This document shows positions 24,201 through 39,300 of a DNA stretch of 64,000 bases, piece after piece. The translations under genes and the position numbers were made by a program. Source of the stretch: Pristiophorus japonicus (Eukaryota); contig NC_091979.1 in assembly GCF_044704955.1 (NCBI RefSeq), forward strand, positions 316,448,001 to 316,512,000, in the 5' to 3' direction. Below the pieces are notes generated by a model. That model was not told the origin of the DNA and made no database searches. It saw nothing but the letters and a program-made list of their open reading frames with translations. How positions within the stretch are numbered: position 1 is the first letter of the stretch; the number at the start of each line of letters is the position of its first letter.

Positions 24201-25348
24201 TTCACTCCACAATCAACAGCTGTTTAGTTTACTGCCTGTGTTAAAGGCTGGTCTGAATGTTCCTCACAGAGCTGGTACAGTTCACCATCACAAAGTGTGG
24301 ATTATGAGTGACACTTACTGTCAGCATTAGCGCAGATCAATGACACAAATAAAATTGTAGTTATAGTATCTTTTTATTGGTTATTTTAACACTCAATCTC
24401 TGATATTACAGCAAATTAACATTTCTCATTGGGAAATCTGTATCTGCAACTATAAAGCTTTATTATTTTTCATCATTTTAACTTATTTTTATATCCCTTA
24501 GCCGTGGTGGAAATTAACCGCTTCCATTGAAGAGGCAGGAAATCAGGGAGCTGCGGGCGGCTCGTTACACAGAGAGAGAGAGAAATTAATCTTTCTTCAG
24601 GCATGATACCAGCCATCCCGTGTAGCAGGGAAATTGCACAATCCGGGTGAAATCGGCCGAAGCAGTGTAAAAGATCGCAGAAACTCGAGCATAAGTTCTG
24701 TCAAGCTTCAACCGAGATTTCCGGGATCTTTAGCCCTGGTTTAAAAAGCTTTCTGCCCGAAGCTGGCGCCGCCCACAAAACTGGTCACACCCCCAGATAG
24801 AAATAACGAAGATGGTGAGTTTCCGCCCATTGCGTCCATTTGCAACCTTTCGAGGAGCGTTTTCAAATTGAGCTGGTTTTCTGAGGTGCCCAGGCACTAG
24901 TAGGCACAATTTAATAGGTTTTACATCTTAAAAATATTTAAATTATTAAAAGTCTGACTAGTGTACAACAATAAAACTTATAACTGGTTCAGTATAGATT
25001 TTAAAGCCATTTACATCACCTTAAATCAGGTAAAGCACAGCTGAAAGACTGACTAAAAATATTTAATTTTGCAGGTTACATCCATTTTCAGCTGTATCAA
25101 TAAAGCTGCACCAATTGCCACTCTTAAATATATCAATGAATATTTTTAATGCAAAAAATAACTGATTATATTCTGTTACACTGACTGACTGCACTGGTTC
25201 TTGGAAGATTTTACGTTTGTAATTAAGCAAATGCATTTAGTGGAAACTTAAACTGTAAGCTAACCAGCGTAACTTCAAGTGCAATTTGCACCCAAAGCAG
25301 AAACTCTACCCGCTGTGTTTAGTTTTAGCTGGGAGAGTCGTCGTTGAT

Positions 25349-26801
25349 TTAGATAGAAAGGCGTAATTCACAAAGAGCACTTAGATATTCTTCATTGTCA
25401 CAATCAAACTCCAAGGCCTTTTCAAAGCACTCAATAGCTTCACACTTCTCCCCATCCAGCTGGTGCAGTAACCCAAGAACACCAAAGGCCTTGCTGTCTC
25501 TGGGATTCCTGTCAATTTGTTTTGTTGCAATCTTTCTCAAGTTTTCGCGACACAATTGCCATTCCACTGTGTCACGTTGGATTTTAAGTCCTTCCAGAAA
25601 ATAGCTGATGGCATTTGATTCAGATCTTTTGTGATGCAGTTCAAATAACCCAAACTGCGCATATACTGCCTGCTTATTATCAGGATGAAAATCATCTAAT
25701 TTCAGTAGATTACTGTAAATCTCCTCTGCTTTGAGATATTCTCCATTTAATGAACAGATTTCTGCAAAATCCAGTTGTGCACAAATAAATGTTAATGGGC
25801 GGGGCTCAAATGCCTTTTCAAAATGGTACTTGCATAGTTTGATCAACTCAGCTTTCTGTTGAAAAGCAGCATTGCGAGGGTCTTTGCTGCCTGGATATTT
25901 GATCAGTTGAAATAGTTTTTTTCTGTAACACAGACCTATTTGGTGGTGTATGAAGGTAGAGTTTGGGCTAATTTCTAATGCTTTCTTCAATAGCTCCACA
26001 GCTTTTTCCACATTTCCTTCTCTTCTGTAAAATTTTGCTGCGTAACGAGTTACATATGGAAGATCAGGGGACTTCTGCAATGCTTGTTCAACTAATTTCA
26101 GTGCTTCCTCCTTTTGATTGAACTCTTGTAGTTTTAGAGCCAACATTACCATGGCTACAGAGTCATCTGGATCAAGTTCCAGCACACGTTGTAACCGCTT
26201 CACTGATTGGCTGCGGTCACCACTCTCTGGGGTACTAGAAAACCCTTCCAGACGGAACAGAACAGTCGCATAGCCAACGTTCCATTCAGTGTCATCAGGA
26301 TCTTCCTCCAGAGCCTTCTCAAAACATTCCTTTGCCTCTTCATAATATTTCCTGGAAGATTTCAACAGTGACCAACCCTTCTCCCCGTATACTTCAGGTA
26401 TCAGTGCTGTATACCGAGAGCCATCAGTAAATTGTTTACAGATCATCTCCAGCTTGTCGAGGTAGGACTGGGCCTCTGTCAGTTGGCCCATGTGATAATA
26501 TACCCAGGCATAGTTTCCATAGGTGATGATGCTTCTTCTTTCAAATTCATGTTCATGGTTCTCCCTCAGAATCTTTTCAGCTTCCTTTAAGTTTTGAATT
26601 GCCTCTTCACAGTTGCCTTGCAGACAGTTTACAAAAGCGAGGTGGTTGTAAGACCTGGCCTGATATTTCACACCAGCCTGTATTGAATCTTGCAATCTAT
26701 ACTTCATGTCGTCCAAGTCAATGTTTTCTTTCTGTGGGCCCCATGTGAAGTGACATTGAAGCCAATCGAGACTCACTTTCAACAAATCCTTCTGTGTGTT
26801 G
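25349..26801 (-). CDS. IFIT5: IFIT5-like protein, copy 2, coding exon 2
   Basis: Intact ORF with 4 aa differences from copy 1 (A>V, D>N, V>A, Y>F). Acceptor AG at 26803-26802. Confidence 0.93.
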
Positions 26802-27080
26802 CTGCAAGAGAACAAAATTCATCAAAACCCGTCTCAGACTGGCTGCGTCACCCCCTCCCCTCTCTCCGGTTTCTTTAACTAAAGCCTTCTCCCGACTCCT
26901 GGACCCACTGACCATGAAATCTCTGCAAAAACCACTGCTAACGGTAAAGGGATGACTGCAAATCTCAGCTGTACTTACACTGGTCTCCTTCATGCTGGCT
27001 GATGTACCAGCTCGTGGCCATTTAGACTTCTCACCCAATGTGCAGCATCACCTCAAACACCTCCACTCCCAATGATACAA

Positions 27081-30000
27081 GAACATAACAAATAGGAGCA
27101 GTAGTAGGCCACCTGTCCCCTTGAGCCTGCTCCAACATTTAATAAGATCATGGCTGATCTGATCATGGACTCAGCTCCACTTCCCTGCCAACTGCCCATA
27201 AACCTTTATTCTCTTATCGCTCAAAAATCTGTCTATCTCCATCTTAAATATATTCAATGACCCAGCCTCTACAGCTCTCTGGTGTAGAGAATTCCATAGA
27301 TTTCCAACCCTCTGAGAAGAAATTCCTCCTCATCTCTGTTTTAAATGGGCGGCCCCTTATTCTGAGACTATGTCCCCTAGTTTTAGTTTCCCCGAAGAGT
27401 GAAAATATCCTCTCTGCATCCATCTTGTCGAGCCCCCTCATGATCTTACATGTTTCGATATGATCACCTCTCATTCTTCTGAACTCCAATGTGTATAGGC
27501 CCGACCTATTCAACCTTTCTTCATAAGTCAGCCCCCTCATCTCCAGAATCAACCGAGTGAACCTTCTCTGAACAACCTCCAATGCAAGTATATCCTTCCT
27601 TAAATACGGAGACCAAAATTGCACTCCAGTACTCCAAGTATGGCCTTACCAATACCTGTACATCCATAGCAGGACTTCTCTGCTTTTATACTCTATCCCC
27701 CCTGCAATAAAGGCCAACATTCCATTTGCCTTCCTGATTACTTGCTGTATCTGCATACTAACTTTTTGTGTTTCATGCACAAGGACCCCCAGATCCCCCT
27801 GTTCTGCAGCACTTTGCAATTGTTCTCCATTTAAATTATAATTTGCTTTTCCATTTTTTCTGCCAAAGTGGATAACCTCACATTTTTCCACATTATACTC
27901 GATCTGCAAAATTTTTGCCCACTTCTTTTAAGACCCTAGGCTGTAAGCTATCAGGTCCAGGGGACTTGTCTGCCTTTAGTCCCATTATTTTACCAAGTAC
28001 TACTTCATTAGTGATAGTGATTGTATTAAGTTCCTCCCTCCCTATAGCCCCTTGATTATCCAATATTGGGATGTTTTTAGTGTCTTCTACCTTGAATACC
28101 AATACAAAATATTTGTTCAACGTCTCTGCCATTTCCCTGTTCTCCATTATTAATTCCCCCGTCTCATCTTCTAGGGGACCAACATTTACTTTAGCCATTC
28201 TTTTCCTTTTTATGGTCCTGTAGAAACTCTTACCATCTGTTTTTATGTTTCGTGCTATTTTACTTTCATAATCTATCTTCCCTCTCTTTATCATTTTTTT
28301 AGACCTTCTTTGCTGGATTTTAAAAGTTTCCCAGTCCTCTGGCCTCCCACTAATCTTGGCCACATTGTATGCCCTTCTTTTCAATTTGATCCCATTCCTT
28401 ATTTCCTTAGTTAGCCACGGATGTTACCCCTTCTCTTACAGTCTTTCCTTCTCATTGGGATATATTTTTGTTGCATGTTATGAAATATCTCCTTAAATGT
28501 CTGCCACTGCTCATCAACTGTCCCATACTTTAATCTATTTTCCCAGTCCACTTTAGCCAACTCTGCCTTCATACCTTTGTAGTCTCCTTTATTTATGCTA
28601 AGGACTCTGGTTTGAGAACCAACTTTCTCACCCTCCAACTGAATTTGAAATTCAATTGATTGATGGTCACTCATTCCTAGAGGATCCTTTACTATGAGAT
28701 CATTTATTAATCATGTCTCATTACACAGTACCAGAACTAAGATAGCCTGCTCCCTGGTTGGTTCCGCAATGTACTGTTCAAGGAAACCATCCTGGATACA
28801 CTCTATGAACTCTATCTCTAGGCTACCCTGGCCAATTTGCTTTGTCCAATCAATATGAACTTTAAAATCACCCATGATTATTGCCGTTCCTTTATTACAA
28901 GCCTCCATTATTTCTTGATTTATGCTGCATCCAACAGTGTAGCTACTGTTAGGGGGCCTATAGACTACACCCACCAGCGACTTTTTCTCCTTATTATTCC
29001 TTCTCTCCACCTAAACTGATTCAATACCTTGATCTTCTGTGCCAATATCGTTTCTCACTAATGCACTGATCTCAGCCTTTATTAATAGAGCCACTCTACG
29101 GCTTTTTCCTTTCTGTCTATCCTTCCGAATTGTCAAATACCCCTGAATATCTAGTTCCCAGTCTTGGTCACCTTGCAACCACGGTTTTGAAATGGCTATC
29201 ATATCATATGCATTTGTATCTATTTATGCCATCACCCCATCTCTTTTGTTAAATTACCATTTTTTCCAACTTTGACCCCACTTTCTGATACACCTTTATG
29301 TTTATGCATTCTGTCCCTTCCTGGCACTCTCTGGTTTTCATTTCCCCCAGTGCAACTTTGATCTATTGCCTTTTCCTTATTCTTTGACTTTTTAAATTTT
29401 CGCTCACCCGAATCAGCTTCAAGCCCTCTCTACAGCCCTAGTTATTTGATTTGCCAGGACCCTAGTCCCAGCACAGTCTAAGTGTGGAGCCCGTCCCAAT
29501 GGAACAGCTCCCTCTGACCACTGTACTGGTGCCAGTGTCCCATGAACCAAAACCCATTTCTCCCATACCAGTCTTTGAGCCACGTGTTTAACTCGCTGAT
29601 CTTATTTACCCTATATAAATTTGCTCATGGCTCGGGTAGGAATAGAAACATAGAAACATAGAAAATAAGTGCAGGAGTAGGCCATTCAGCCCTTCGAACC
29701 TGCACCACCATTCAATAAGATCATGGCTGATCATTCACCTCAGTACCCCTTTCCTGCTTTCTCTCCATACCCCTTGATCCCTTTAATTGTAAGGGCTATA
29801 TCTAACTCCCTCTTGAATATATCCAATGAACTGGCCTCAACAACTCTCTGCGGTAGGGAATTCTACAGGTTAACAACTCTCTGAGTAAAGAAGTTTCTCC
29901 TCATCTCAGTCCTAAATGGCTTACCCCTTATCCTTAGACTGTGACCCCTGGTTCTGGACTTCCCCAACATCGGGGACATTCTTCCTGCATCTAACCTGTC

Positions 30001-30876
30001 CAATCCCGTCAGAATTTTATATGTTTCTATGAGATCCCCTCTCAATCTTCTAAATGCCAGTGAATACAGGCCCAGTTGATCCAGTCTCTCCTCATATGTC
30101 AGTCCTGCCATCCCTGGAATCAGTCTGGTGAACCTTTGTTGCACTCCCTCAATAGCAAGAACGTCCTTCCTCAGATTAGGAGACCAAAACTGAACACAAT
30201 ATTCCAGGTGAGGCCTCACCAAGGCCCTGTACAACTGCAGTAAGACCTCCCTGCCCCTGTACTCAAATCCCCTCGCTATGAAGGCCAACATACCACCGCC
30301 TGCTGTACCTGCATGCCAACTTTCAATGACTGACGTACCATGACACCCAGGTCTCGTTGCACCTCCCCTTTTCCTAATCCAGAGATTATTACCTTTGTGG
30401 TTCTGCTTTTTAATTTGGCCCCTAGCTGCTCATACTCTCTCAGCAGAACCTCTGTCTTGGTCCTATCTATGTCGTTGGTACCCAAGTGGACCATGACAAC
30501 TGGATCTTCCCCCTCCCACTCCAAATTCCTCTCCAGCCCTGAGGAGATGTCATTAACCCTGACACCGGGCCGGCAACACAGCCTTCGGGACTCACGCTCT
30601 TGGCTGCAGTGAACCTTATCTGTCCCCCTAATGATACTGTCCCCACCACTACAACATTTCTTTTACTCCCCCTGTACCACGGTGCTGTAGTCAGTTTGCT
30701 CATTCTTCCTGCAGTCCCTGCTCATGTCCATACAGGGAGTAAGAGCCTCGAACCTGTTGGAAAAGAGCATGGGCTGATGCTCCTCCATCACTCCATCCTG
30801 AGTCCTCATACCTTCCTCACTCGTAGTCACATCCTCCTGTACCTGACCACGGATCGAATTTGAATTAATTACTGCA
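27081..30876 (-). mobile_element. Duplicated intronic CR1 with nested CR1 3' end (~29643-30376)
   Basis: Near-identical to 3321-7117. Confidence 0.85.
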
Positions 30877-32959
30877 ACAAACAGTAGGATTGGTTGAACT
30901 ACTCGGTCTGCCTCTTGGTTCACCAATTACATCTCCTTCTCATTCTAGTATTCCATTCCACAATTGGACTCACCTCACTAAAAAGGTCAGTGCTAATTCT
31001 AAAACGCTCTCCCTCTCACATTGGCAGTCCAATAATTCACTACTAAATAGGATCTCTAACCTGGTCCTCCACAGGGACCCTGCTGTCTCTGACCTAGATC
31101 ATTCCTCACTCCAACATGCAGAAACTGAAAAGCAGGCCCATTACAATGGTATTTTCAGCATTGACTCTTACCCTGCTGCAAATCTTCCACTACACCATCG
31201 TCCAGGCAAGATGTTAAACCAAGGCAGCATCTGCCTGTCCCAGTGGTTCAGGGGGACATTAAGGATTCTATGGCACTATTTGAAGAAAGGCAGGGAGTTG
31301 TATTTTCCAATATTCTTCCCTGGAGCAACACCACCAGAAACAGATTGGGTGGTCTTTCATCTTGTTGCTATTTTTGGGAACATGCTGTGTGCTGAGCTTC
31401 CGAGCCCAAAACCTCTCCATCGCAAAGACCGTCTACATCCACCCAATCACCTGATCCACCCCTGGCTCATCCATTTAATTTCACCACCTGACTCGGATAC
31501 TCCAATGTTTTCCTGGCCGGATTCCCAACTTCCACCCTTCATAAATGTCAGCCCATCTAAAACTCTGCTAGCTGCACCAGTCCCGCTCACCCATCCATGT
31601 GTTCGCTGACCTACATTGGGTCCTGATCCACCAATGTCTCACATTTAAAATTCTCATCCTGGTGTTCAAATCCCTTCACAGCCTCACCCCTCCGTATCCC
31701 CGTAACCTCCTTCAGTTCTATAATCCTCTGTGAATTCTGTGTTCCTCTAACTCGGGCTCGTGTCCATCCCCCACTGCACCCACCGATGGTGGCTGAGCCA
31801 TCAGCCCAGACAGGCCCGGTACTCTGGAATTCCCTCGCTGAACCTCTCCACCTCATTCTCCTCCTTTAAGATCTCCTTAAAATCTACCCCACCCTCTAAG
31901 TATCTCCTTCTTTACCTCGGTGTCCATTGTTGTCTGATTACGTTGCTGTGAAGCGCCTTGGAATGTTTTCCGAGGTTAAAGGCGCTATATAAATGCCAGT
32001 TGTTGTTATTGTGCAAACTGAGCTGTCACATTTCCCGACAAAACAACTGACTACACTGCAAAATAATTCACTGAATGTGAACTACTTTGGGACATTTCTG
32101 AGAGGTGTGATAAGGTGTTACATCAACACAAATTCTTTCTTCCTTGCTGTTAAACTCACGTCGATACATTTCATCCCCCAGCCATTCCAGCTTCTCCTTG
32201 CACTCTACTCCGCCTGCCTCTTGTTCCTGTTGGCTCTCGTCTCCCTCCCCCCACAATCCAAGCTGTCATTCTTACCCCTGCCCCAGTTCATGGTGGCTTT
32301 CCTCCCTTTGCTGCTCCGTTCAAACTGCTGCACCTGTCCTTTCCCCCAGTTCATGTCAGCACTCTTCTCCCCCGCCCACATTCTCAATGTAAGTCAGCAC
32401 TTTTCCTTCTCCTACACACTTTAAGCTGGCACTCTCCTCCTGCATTTCATGCTGTGTCCATCCCCCCATCCCAGTCCATGCTGTACTCTCCCTTTGCTTT
32501 ATAGTTCAGGTTGCTTTAGTTTGGATATATGAAAGTGCTGGAAATCACTATTTTACATTAGTAGATCCCTTCTAGATTCCCATGGAACACAAAGTGAAAC
32601 TTTCTTTCTTCAAACTCTGGATATGACCTGAGGGCACTTACAGAATACGCCTTTCCACGACAGTATAATATTCAAGTTTAACTTTGTACTTTCAACAGAG
32701 CCAAGTCAAAAATAATGTAAATTGTTGTTTGAGTTATAATCCTATGAACAGGTCTGCCTTTTGCCTCATGTTTACTGACTATCACCAGTCTTGGTGCAGC
32801 AGTGTTCCCTTATCTGTGTGTCTCACTGTGAGCCACTAATCCCAGCTCTCTGCATTTCAACTGCTTTGTAATGTAAGCTACTTTATTTCTGAAAACTAGT
32901 TCCTTGATCGATAGTCTACATGTAAAATTAAATACAGAAGTTATTATAATGATCTTTAC

Positions 32960-32964
32960 CTCAT
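32960..32964 (-). CDS. IFIT5: IFIT copy 2 coding micro-exon 1 (ATGAG)
   Basis: ATGAG|GTAAAG, same context as copy 1. Confidence 0.85.
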
Positions 32965-33064
32965 AATGCTGATCGATGGACAATGTGTTGAATTTTTTCG
33001 TCAGCTCCAACTGTCCTTCCAATGGTGAGTTGACCGAATGTTTGGAATGTTGTTTTTCAGCTCA

Positions 33065-33140
33065 TTTATACCGTTCAGTCATTAATCGCTATGAATCATT
33101 TCCTGAAAGTGAATAGAAACTAAACCGAGAAATGGAAACT
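33065..33140 (-). promoter_or_regulatory. IFIT copy 2 TATA box and ISRE cluster
   Basis: TATAAA at 33070-33065; GAAATGGAAACT at 33129-33140. Confidence 0.8.
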
Positions 33141-33279
33141 CAGAAGCAACATTCCTGTTCAGGAAATTCTGGTGTCACACAGTAACATTGTGTGCTGACA
33201 CAGAACCCCATGGAGCCTATTATAAACATAGGCCGGTTCAGCAACTGAAAAAGACCACTTGGCCCAAAAGGTCGAACCT

Positions 33280-35810
33280 GTTTGATTCCAGGATACATTT
33301 CAATACCGATCACCAATCACGTTACATGTAGCACTATGCAGAAAAAACAGTACATGGAACGGATGGGGATACATTTACATTTTTTTACAAGTTACTAAAG
33401 AGTGCAGAGACTTTCATTATACATGGCACAACACAGGTGTTTTTCAGCACATGGTGCTCTGTGTATACAAGCAGATTAACAAGTACAGCCCGAGGGGGGT
33501 CTGATTTCATACCCTGGGTTTACCGTGGCGGAAGGGCCTTAAACTGTGCCTCTTCTCCATCATGTCTTTGCGGCAACTGCACCAATCTTTAGTGTGACCC
33601 TCAGTACGTACTCCTGGATCTTGGATTGGGCCAGTCTGTAACACTTGGCCGTGGACATCTCCTTGCTCTGGAAGACCAGCAAGTTTTGGGAAGACCAAAG
33701 TGCGTCTTTCACCGAGTTAATGGCTCTCCAGCAGCAGATGATGTCTGTCTCGGTGTGTGTCCCGGGGAACAGTCCGTAGAGCACAGAGTCCTGTGTTACG
33801 GAGCTGCTTGCGATGAACCTCGACAGCTACCACTGCATCTCCTTCCAGACCTGCCTTGCAAAGGGGCAATCCCGAAAGAGATGGATGTCAGTCTCGTCCG
33901 CACCACAGCCGGCTCAGGGCTAGAGTGCCGTGTCTCTGAAACCCCGGCTGTGTATGAAGGACCTGACGGGTAGGGCCCATCTCACCGTCAACCAAGCTAT
34001 GTCTTGGTGCTTGTATGAAAGCTCTGCCGATGAGACATTCTGCCAAACGAGTTCGACAGCCTGCTCGGGGAACCGTCCGACAGGATCCATCATCTCCTTC
34101 TTTTGTAGGGCGTCCAGGACCTTGCGTGCTGACCACTGCTTTATGGCCTTGTGGTCAAAGGTGTTTTTCTTGAAAACCTTTCCACGAAGGACAGGTGCTG
34201 AGGCATGGTCCAACTGGTCGGAGCGTTCCGTGGCAGCCTGGCCAGACCCATCCTTCGCAACACCGGGGACAGATAGAATCTCAGCACGTACTGACACTTG
34301 GTGTTTGCGTACGAAGGGTCAATGCACAGCTTAATGCAGCCGCACACAAAGGTGGCCATCAGGATGAGGGCCACGTTTGGAACGTCCTTTCCCTCCTTGT
34401 CTAGAGATTTGTACATCATGTCTCTGCGGACACGGTCCATTTTCGATCTCCAGATGAAATGGAAGATGACTCGGGTGACTGCCACGGCACAGGAGTGGGG
34501 TATGGGGCAGACCTGCACCACGTACAACACCGAGAGCTCCTCACTCCTCGTGACCAGGTTCTTTCCTGCAATGGAAAGTGAGCACAGCTTTCACCATCCC
34601 AGTTTATGTTTGGCTTTAGCGATACGCTCCTTCCAGTTTTTCACGCACGACCCGTCCGCTCCGAACCATATTCCCAACACCTTCAGGTAATCTGACTTCA
34701 CGGTGAAGGGAATAAAGGATCGGTCAGACCAGCTTCCAAAGAACATGGCCTCGCTTTTGCTGCGACTGACCTTCGCCCCCGAGGCCAGTTCAAACTGGTC
34801 ACAGATTGTGAGCAATCCGCGGACTGACTGCGGATCCGAGCAAAAGATGGTGACGTCGTCCATGTACAGGGAGGTCTTGACCTGAACGCCTCCGCTGCCT
34901 GGGATTGTCACCCGCCTAATGCCCGCATCCTTCCTGATGGACTCGGCAATGGGCTCGATACAACACACAAACAAGACAGAGGAGAGGGGACAGCCTTGCC
35001 TGACTCCAGACCTGATTGGAAAGCTTCCAGTTTCCCGCCCATTGATTAGAACTGTGCTACTGATGTCTGTGTAGAGCAGTTGGATCCAATTGCGGATACC
35101 CTCCCCAAACCCCATTTGGAGAGCACGTCCATCAGGTACGTGTGCGATATCCTGTCAAAGGCAAGCTGATTAAACAGGTGTCCACCCTCCTGTCCCGCAC
35201 GTAGGCGATCGTATCCCTGAGTAGCGCGAGGCTATCAGAGATCTTCCTGCCGGATCACCAGCTCCCGAGCAGACTTGACCCTGTTTGCGATGACCTTTGA
35301 CAGGATCTTGTCGACCACATTGAGCAGCGAAATGGCCGCCAGTTTTTGATTTCCTCCCTCTCCCACTTCTGCTTGTAGATGAGGGTGATGATGCCTTTCC
35401 TCATTGATTCTGACATGCTGCCAGCCAGAAGCATACCCCCGTACACTTCCAGCAGGCCTGGGCCTATCCAGTCCCACAGAGCCGAATACAACTAGACCGC
35501 TAAACCGTCGCTTCCGGGAGTTTTACTCATCATGAGGGACGGGACGGCCTTTGTCAGCTCGTCCAGAGTTAGTGGGTGATCGAGACTCTCCCGCTCGCTG
35601 TGGTCTAAGACCTCTGAGATAGACGACAGGAAAGACTGCGAGGCCGCGCGGTCTGTGGGCTTGACGTTGTACAGCCCGGCAGAGAAGGATTTGCTGATCC
35701 TCAGCATGTCAGGCTGCGAAGACGTCGCTGGTGATCACAGAGCTCCCGCTGTGTACCTTTTGGAAGAAGAAACGCGAACACGTCTCATCCTGCTCGACGG
35801 AGCGGACTCT
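33280..35810 (-). mobile_element. Duplicated Tx1/L1-clade ORF2 remnant
   Basis: Same GVRQGCPLS and YMDD ORFs as 9520-12050. Confidence 0.85.
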
Positions 35811-36380
35811 GTGCAAAAACACTTAAGAAGCTTGACACCATCCAGGACAAAGCAGCCTGCTTCATTGGCAGCCCTTCCATCACCTTAAACATTCACTCCC
35901 TCCACCACTAGCTCACCGTGGCTGCAGTGTGTACCATCTACAAGATGCACTGCAGCAACTCGCCAAGGCTTCTTTGGCAGCACCTCCCAAACACGCGCCC
36001 CCAACCATCTAGAAAGACAAGGGCAGCAGGTACATGGGAACACCATCATCTCCAAGTTACACGCCATCCTGACTTGGAAATATATCGCCGTTCCTTCATC
36101 ATTGCTGGGTCAAAATCCTGGAACTCACGCCCTAACCACTGTGGGAGCACCTTCATCATAGGGTCTGCGGTGGTTCACAATGGTGGCTCACAATAACCTG
36201 CTCAAGAGCAAGTAGTGATGGGCAATAAATGCTGGCCTTGCCATCAACGCCCACATCCCATGAACGAATAAAAAAAATATATATATATACCCTGACAGGG
36301 ATACGAACCAAAGGCACCAGACAAATCCTCGACTCTTCACATTAACTCCTGTCATTTACCACCCAGTCTATGCCTGAATT

Positions 36381-39300
36381 CATTGAACCATAGAATGGTT
36401 ACAGCATGGAAGAAGGCCATTCAGCCCGTCGAGCCTGTGGCGACTCTCAGGTAGTCCCACTCCCCTGCCCTTTCCCGGTATAACCGTCAATTTGTTTTTC
36501 CTTCAGATACTTATCCAATTCCCTTTTGAAAGATAAGATTGAGTCTGCCTCCACCACCCTTTCAGGCAGTGCATTCAGAACCCAACCACTCGCTGCGTAC
36601 AAACATTTTTTCTTACATCACCTTTGGTTCTTTTGCCAATCACGTTGAATCTGATTCCTCTGGTTCTTGACTCTTCTGCCTATGGGAACAGTTTCTCTCT
36701 CTAGCTACTTTGTCCAGACCCCTCATTATTTTGAACACCTCTATCAAAGCTCCATCTCCATCTTCTCTGCTCCAAGGAGAAAGCCCCAGCTTCTCCAGTT
36801 GACCAACATAACTGAAGTTCCTCATTCCTGGAATCATTCTTGTTCATTTTTTCTGCAGCTTCTCTAAGGCCTTCACATCCTTCGTAATGTGTGGTGCCCA
36901 AAATTGGACACAATGCCCCAGTTGGGGCCACACCAGTGTTTTATACACGTTCATCATAATTTACACACTTTTGTACTCTCTACCTTTATTTATGAAGCCC
37001 AGGATCCCATAAGCCTTTGTAACTGCTTTCTCATCCTGCCCTGCCACCTTCAACAATTTGTGCACACATACCCACTATTCATTCACCCTGTTTCGGATTG
37101 TACCATTTAGTTTATATGTCCTTTCCTCATTCTTGCGACCAAAATGTATCACTTCACACTTTTCTGCATTAAATTTCATCTGCATCGTGTCCGCCCATTT
37201 CACCAGCCCGTCTATGACTTGCTGAAATCGATCACTCTCCTGCTCACTGTTCACTATACTTCCAAATTTTGTCTCATCTGCAAATTTTGAAATTGTGCCC
37301 TGTGCATCCATGTCCACGTCATTATTATATATCAAGAAAAGCAGTGGTCGCAGAAGTGATCCCCGGGGAACAGCACTGTGTACCTACCTCCAGTCCTAAA
37401 AACAACCGTTAACCACTAATCTCTGAGGGCCAAATTGACCATTTTTATAGCTCCATTCGCGCTAATGGACACTAATGGGACGCAACGAGGTTATCGCCCG
37501 GGGGAAGAGGACGATAGTGCCCCCGTGGAAATTGCCCCGGAGGTTTTGGGGGTGTTGTACCGTTAACGCCGCACCCCACGATTTGTGCCCCGGGCTGGCG
37601 CATTCACGACGATGATACCATCGGCGTGCACACGGACCCGTCACCACCCCGCGCTGACCCCTTTGCGCCCGGCGGAGGAAAATACTCAGCGGGCGGCGAG
37701 GATGGCGTCGGCCGATATCACCGCCAGCTTCACGAGTTGCGAACCCGCGGACATCCACCGCCGACACTACACCCGAATGGGGAGGCCGTTTGCGCCGTGG
37801 GCCGCTTTATTTTTCTGTTACCCGACTCCCTGTCAGCCCGACAATGGTGGTCCTCGCCTCGACAGAACCGCAATCCTGCAGCCCGCCGCTCTGTTATGAG
37901 AGCCGCACTGTTGGCCCAGTCGAGGGTGTCCCTGTTGGCCCAGTGGCAGCCACCAACGGGACTGCAGAGCACACAGCAGCCCTCCCCTTTAATTGAACCT
38001 GAGGGACATTCTGCCACATCAGTGCTAACGGAGCAGACATGAGACGCTGATGCTGCCAGCAGTGCGCTGGGCTCCGAAGTCAGGGCCATCCTACTGCCCC
38101 GGGAGCGCCCCTCCACGGACACGAACAATCTCCAATGGCGCTCCACCTCTGTTGAGGGGCGGAAGGGCCAAATTCCACACCCCGGGTGGGACTCCCGAGC
38201 CGGGCACAAGGAGTCCCAGCCCCAGAAGTTTACCGCCCCCAATCAGGACGAGTGGCAATTTTATGGAATCTGTTTCCTGTCCCTTCGCGAATTTTGTAAC
38301 CATGCTGCCACTGCCCCTTTTATTCCATGGGCTTCAACGCTCCTGGCAAGTCTATTTTGAGCCAGTTTGTCGAACGCCTTTTGGAAATCGCATTACCCTC
38401 ATCAACGCTCTCTGTCACCTCATCAAAAAACTTAATCAAGTTAATGAAACACTATTTGCCTTTAACAAATCCATGCTGGCTATCTTTAATTAATCCACAC
38501 TTATCCAAGTGACTGTTCATTTTGTCCCTGATCACTGTTTCTCAAAGCTTCACACTACCGGGGTTAAACTCACTGGCCTGTAATTGCTGGGTTTATCATT
38601 TACCAATATGGACCATGACCTCTGGCTGTTCACCCTTGTAGGCTCCGTTACTCCCCCCTCACCCCACAACGGTAAAAATTGGACTATTAAATATAAAAAC
38701 TCAGAACTGCATTACAGCCCACAAAAAGAGTTGGGCAGCAAAGGGTTAATTCTAACATTGCAGCAAAACCATGAGACACCATCAGAGACAATGATGCAGG
38801 CTAACTGCCATTTCATCTAATCAACACAGACAATAGCACCAGAAGAGAGACATTCACACCTTCAATGGTTTCTGTCTGAAAAGATACAGGACCATTCACA
38901 TATTCATTTACCTTCAGGGGTTACATTGTTAAAGAGGCGTACCTTAGACCATGGTCCCAGAAAGGCTGGTATCAGTGCAGGCCGAGACTGGGCCCTGAAC
39001 CATTTGAATAAGAATGCGACTGGAAACCAACAATGAAGTCACCTTGGGAAGGTTATATTGTCAGAAAGGACTTCACACGACAGACAGGCGGTGGCCAGAG
39101 TAATCATGGACAATGACCCTAAATGAGGGACAATTAGCCACCAGAATTCCCTGCGAGAGACATTCACACATTTGATGCTGCCATTGTCTTCACAGGAGGG
39201 AAAGGAAATCTGTTTTGAGGTTGCAAGTTGGTCTTTGGTATAAAGAAGAGCCATTTCCGAGGGGAAAGCCAGTACAGGAACAGTATCGAAACAGCAACAG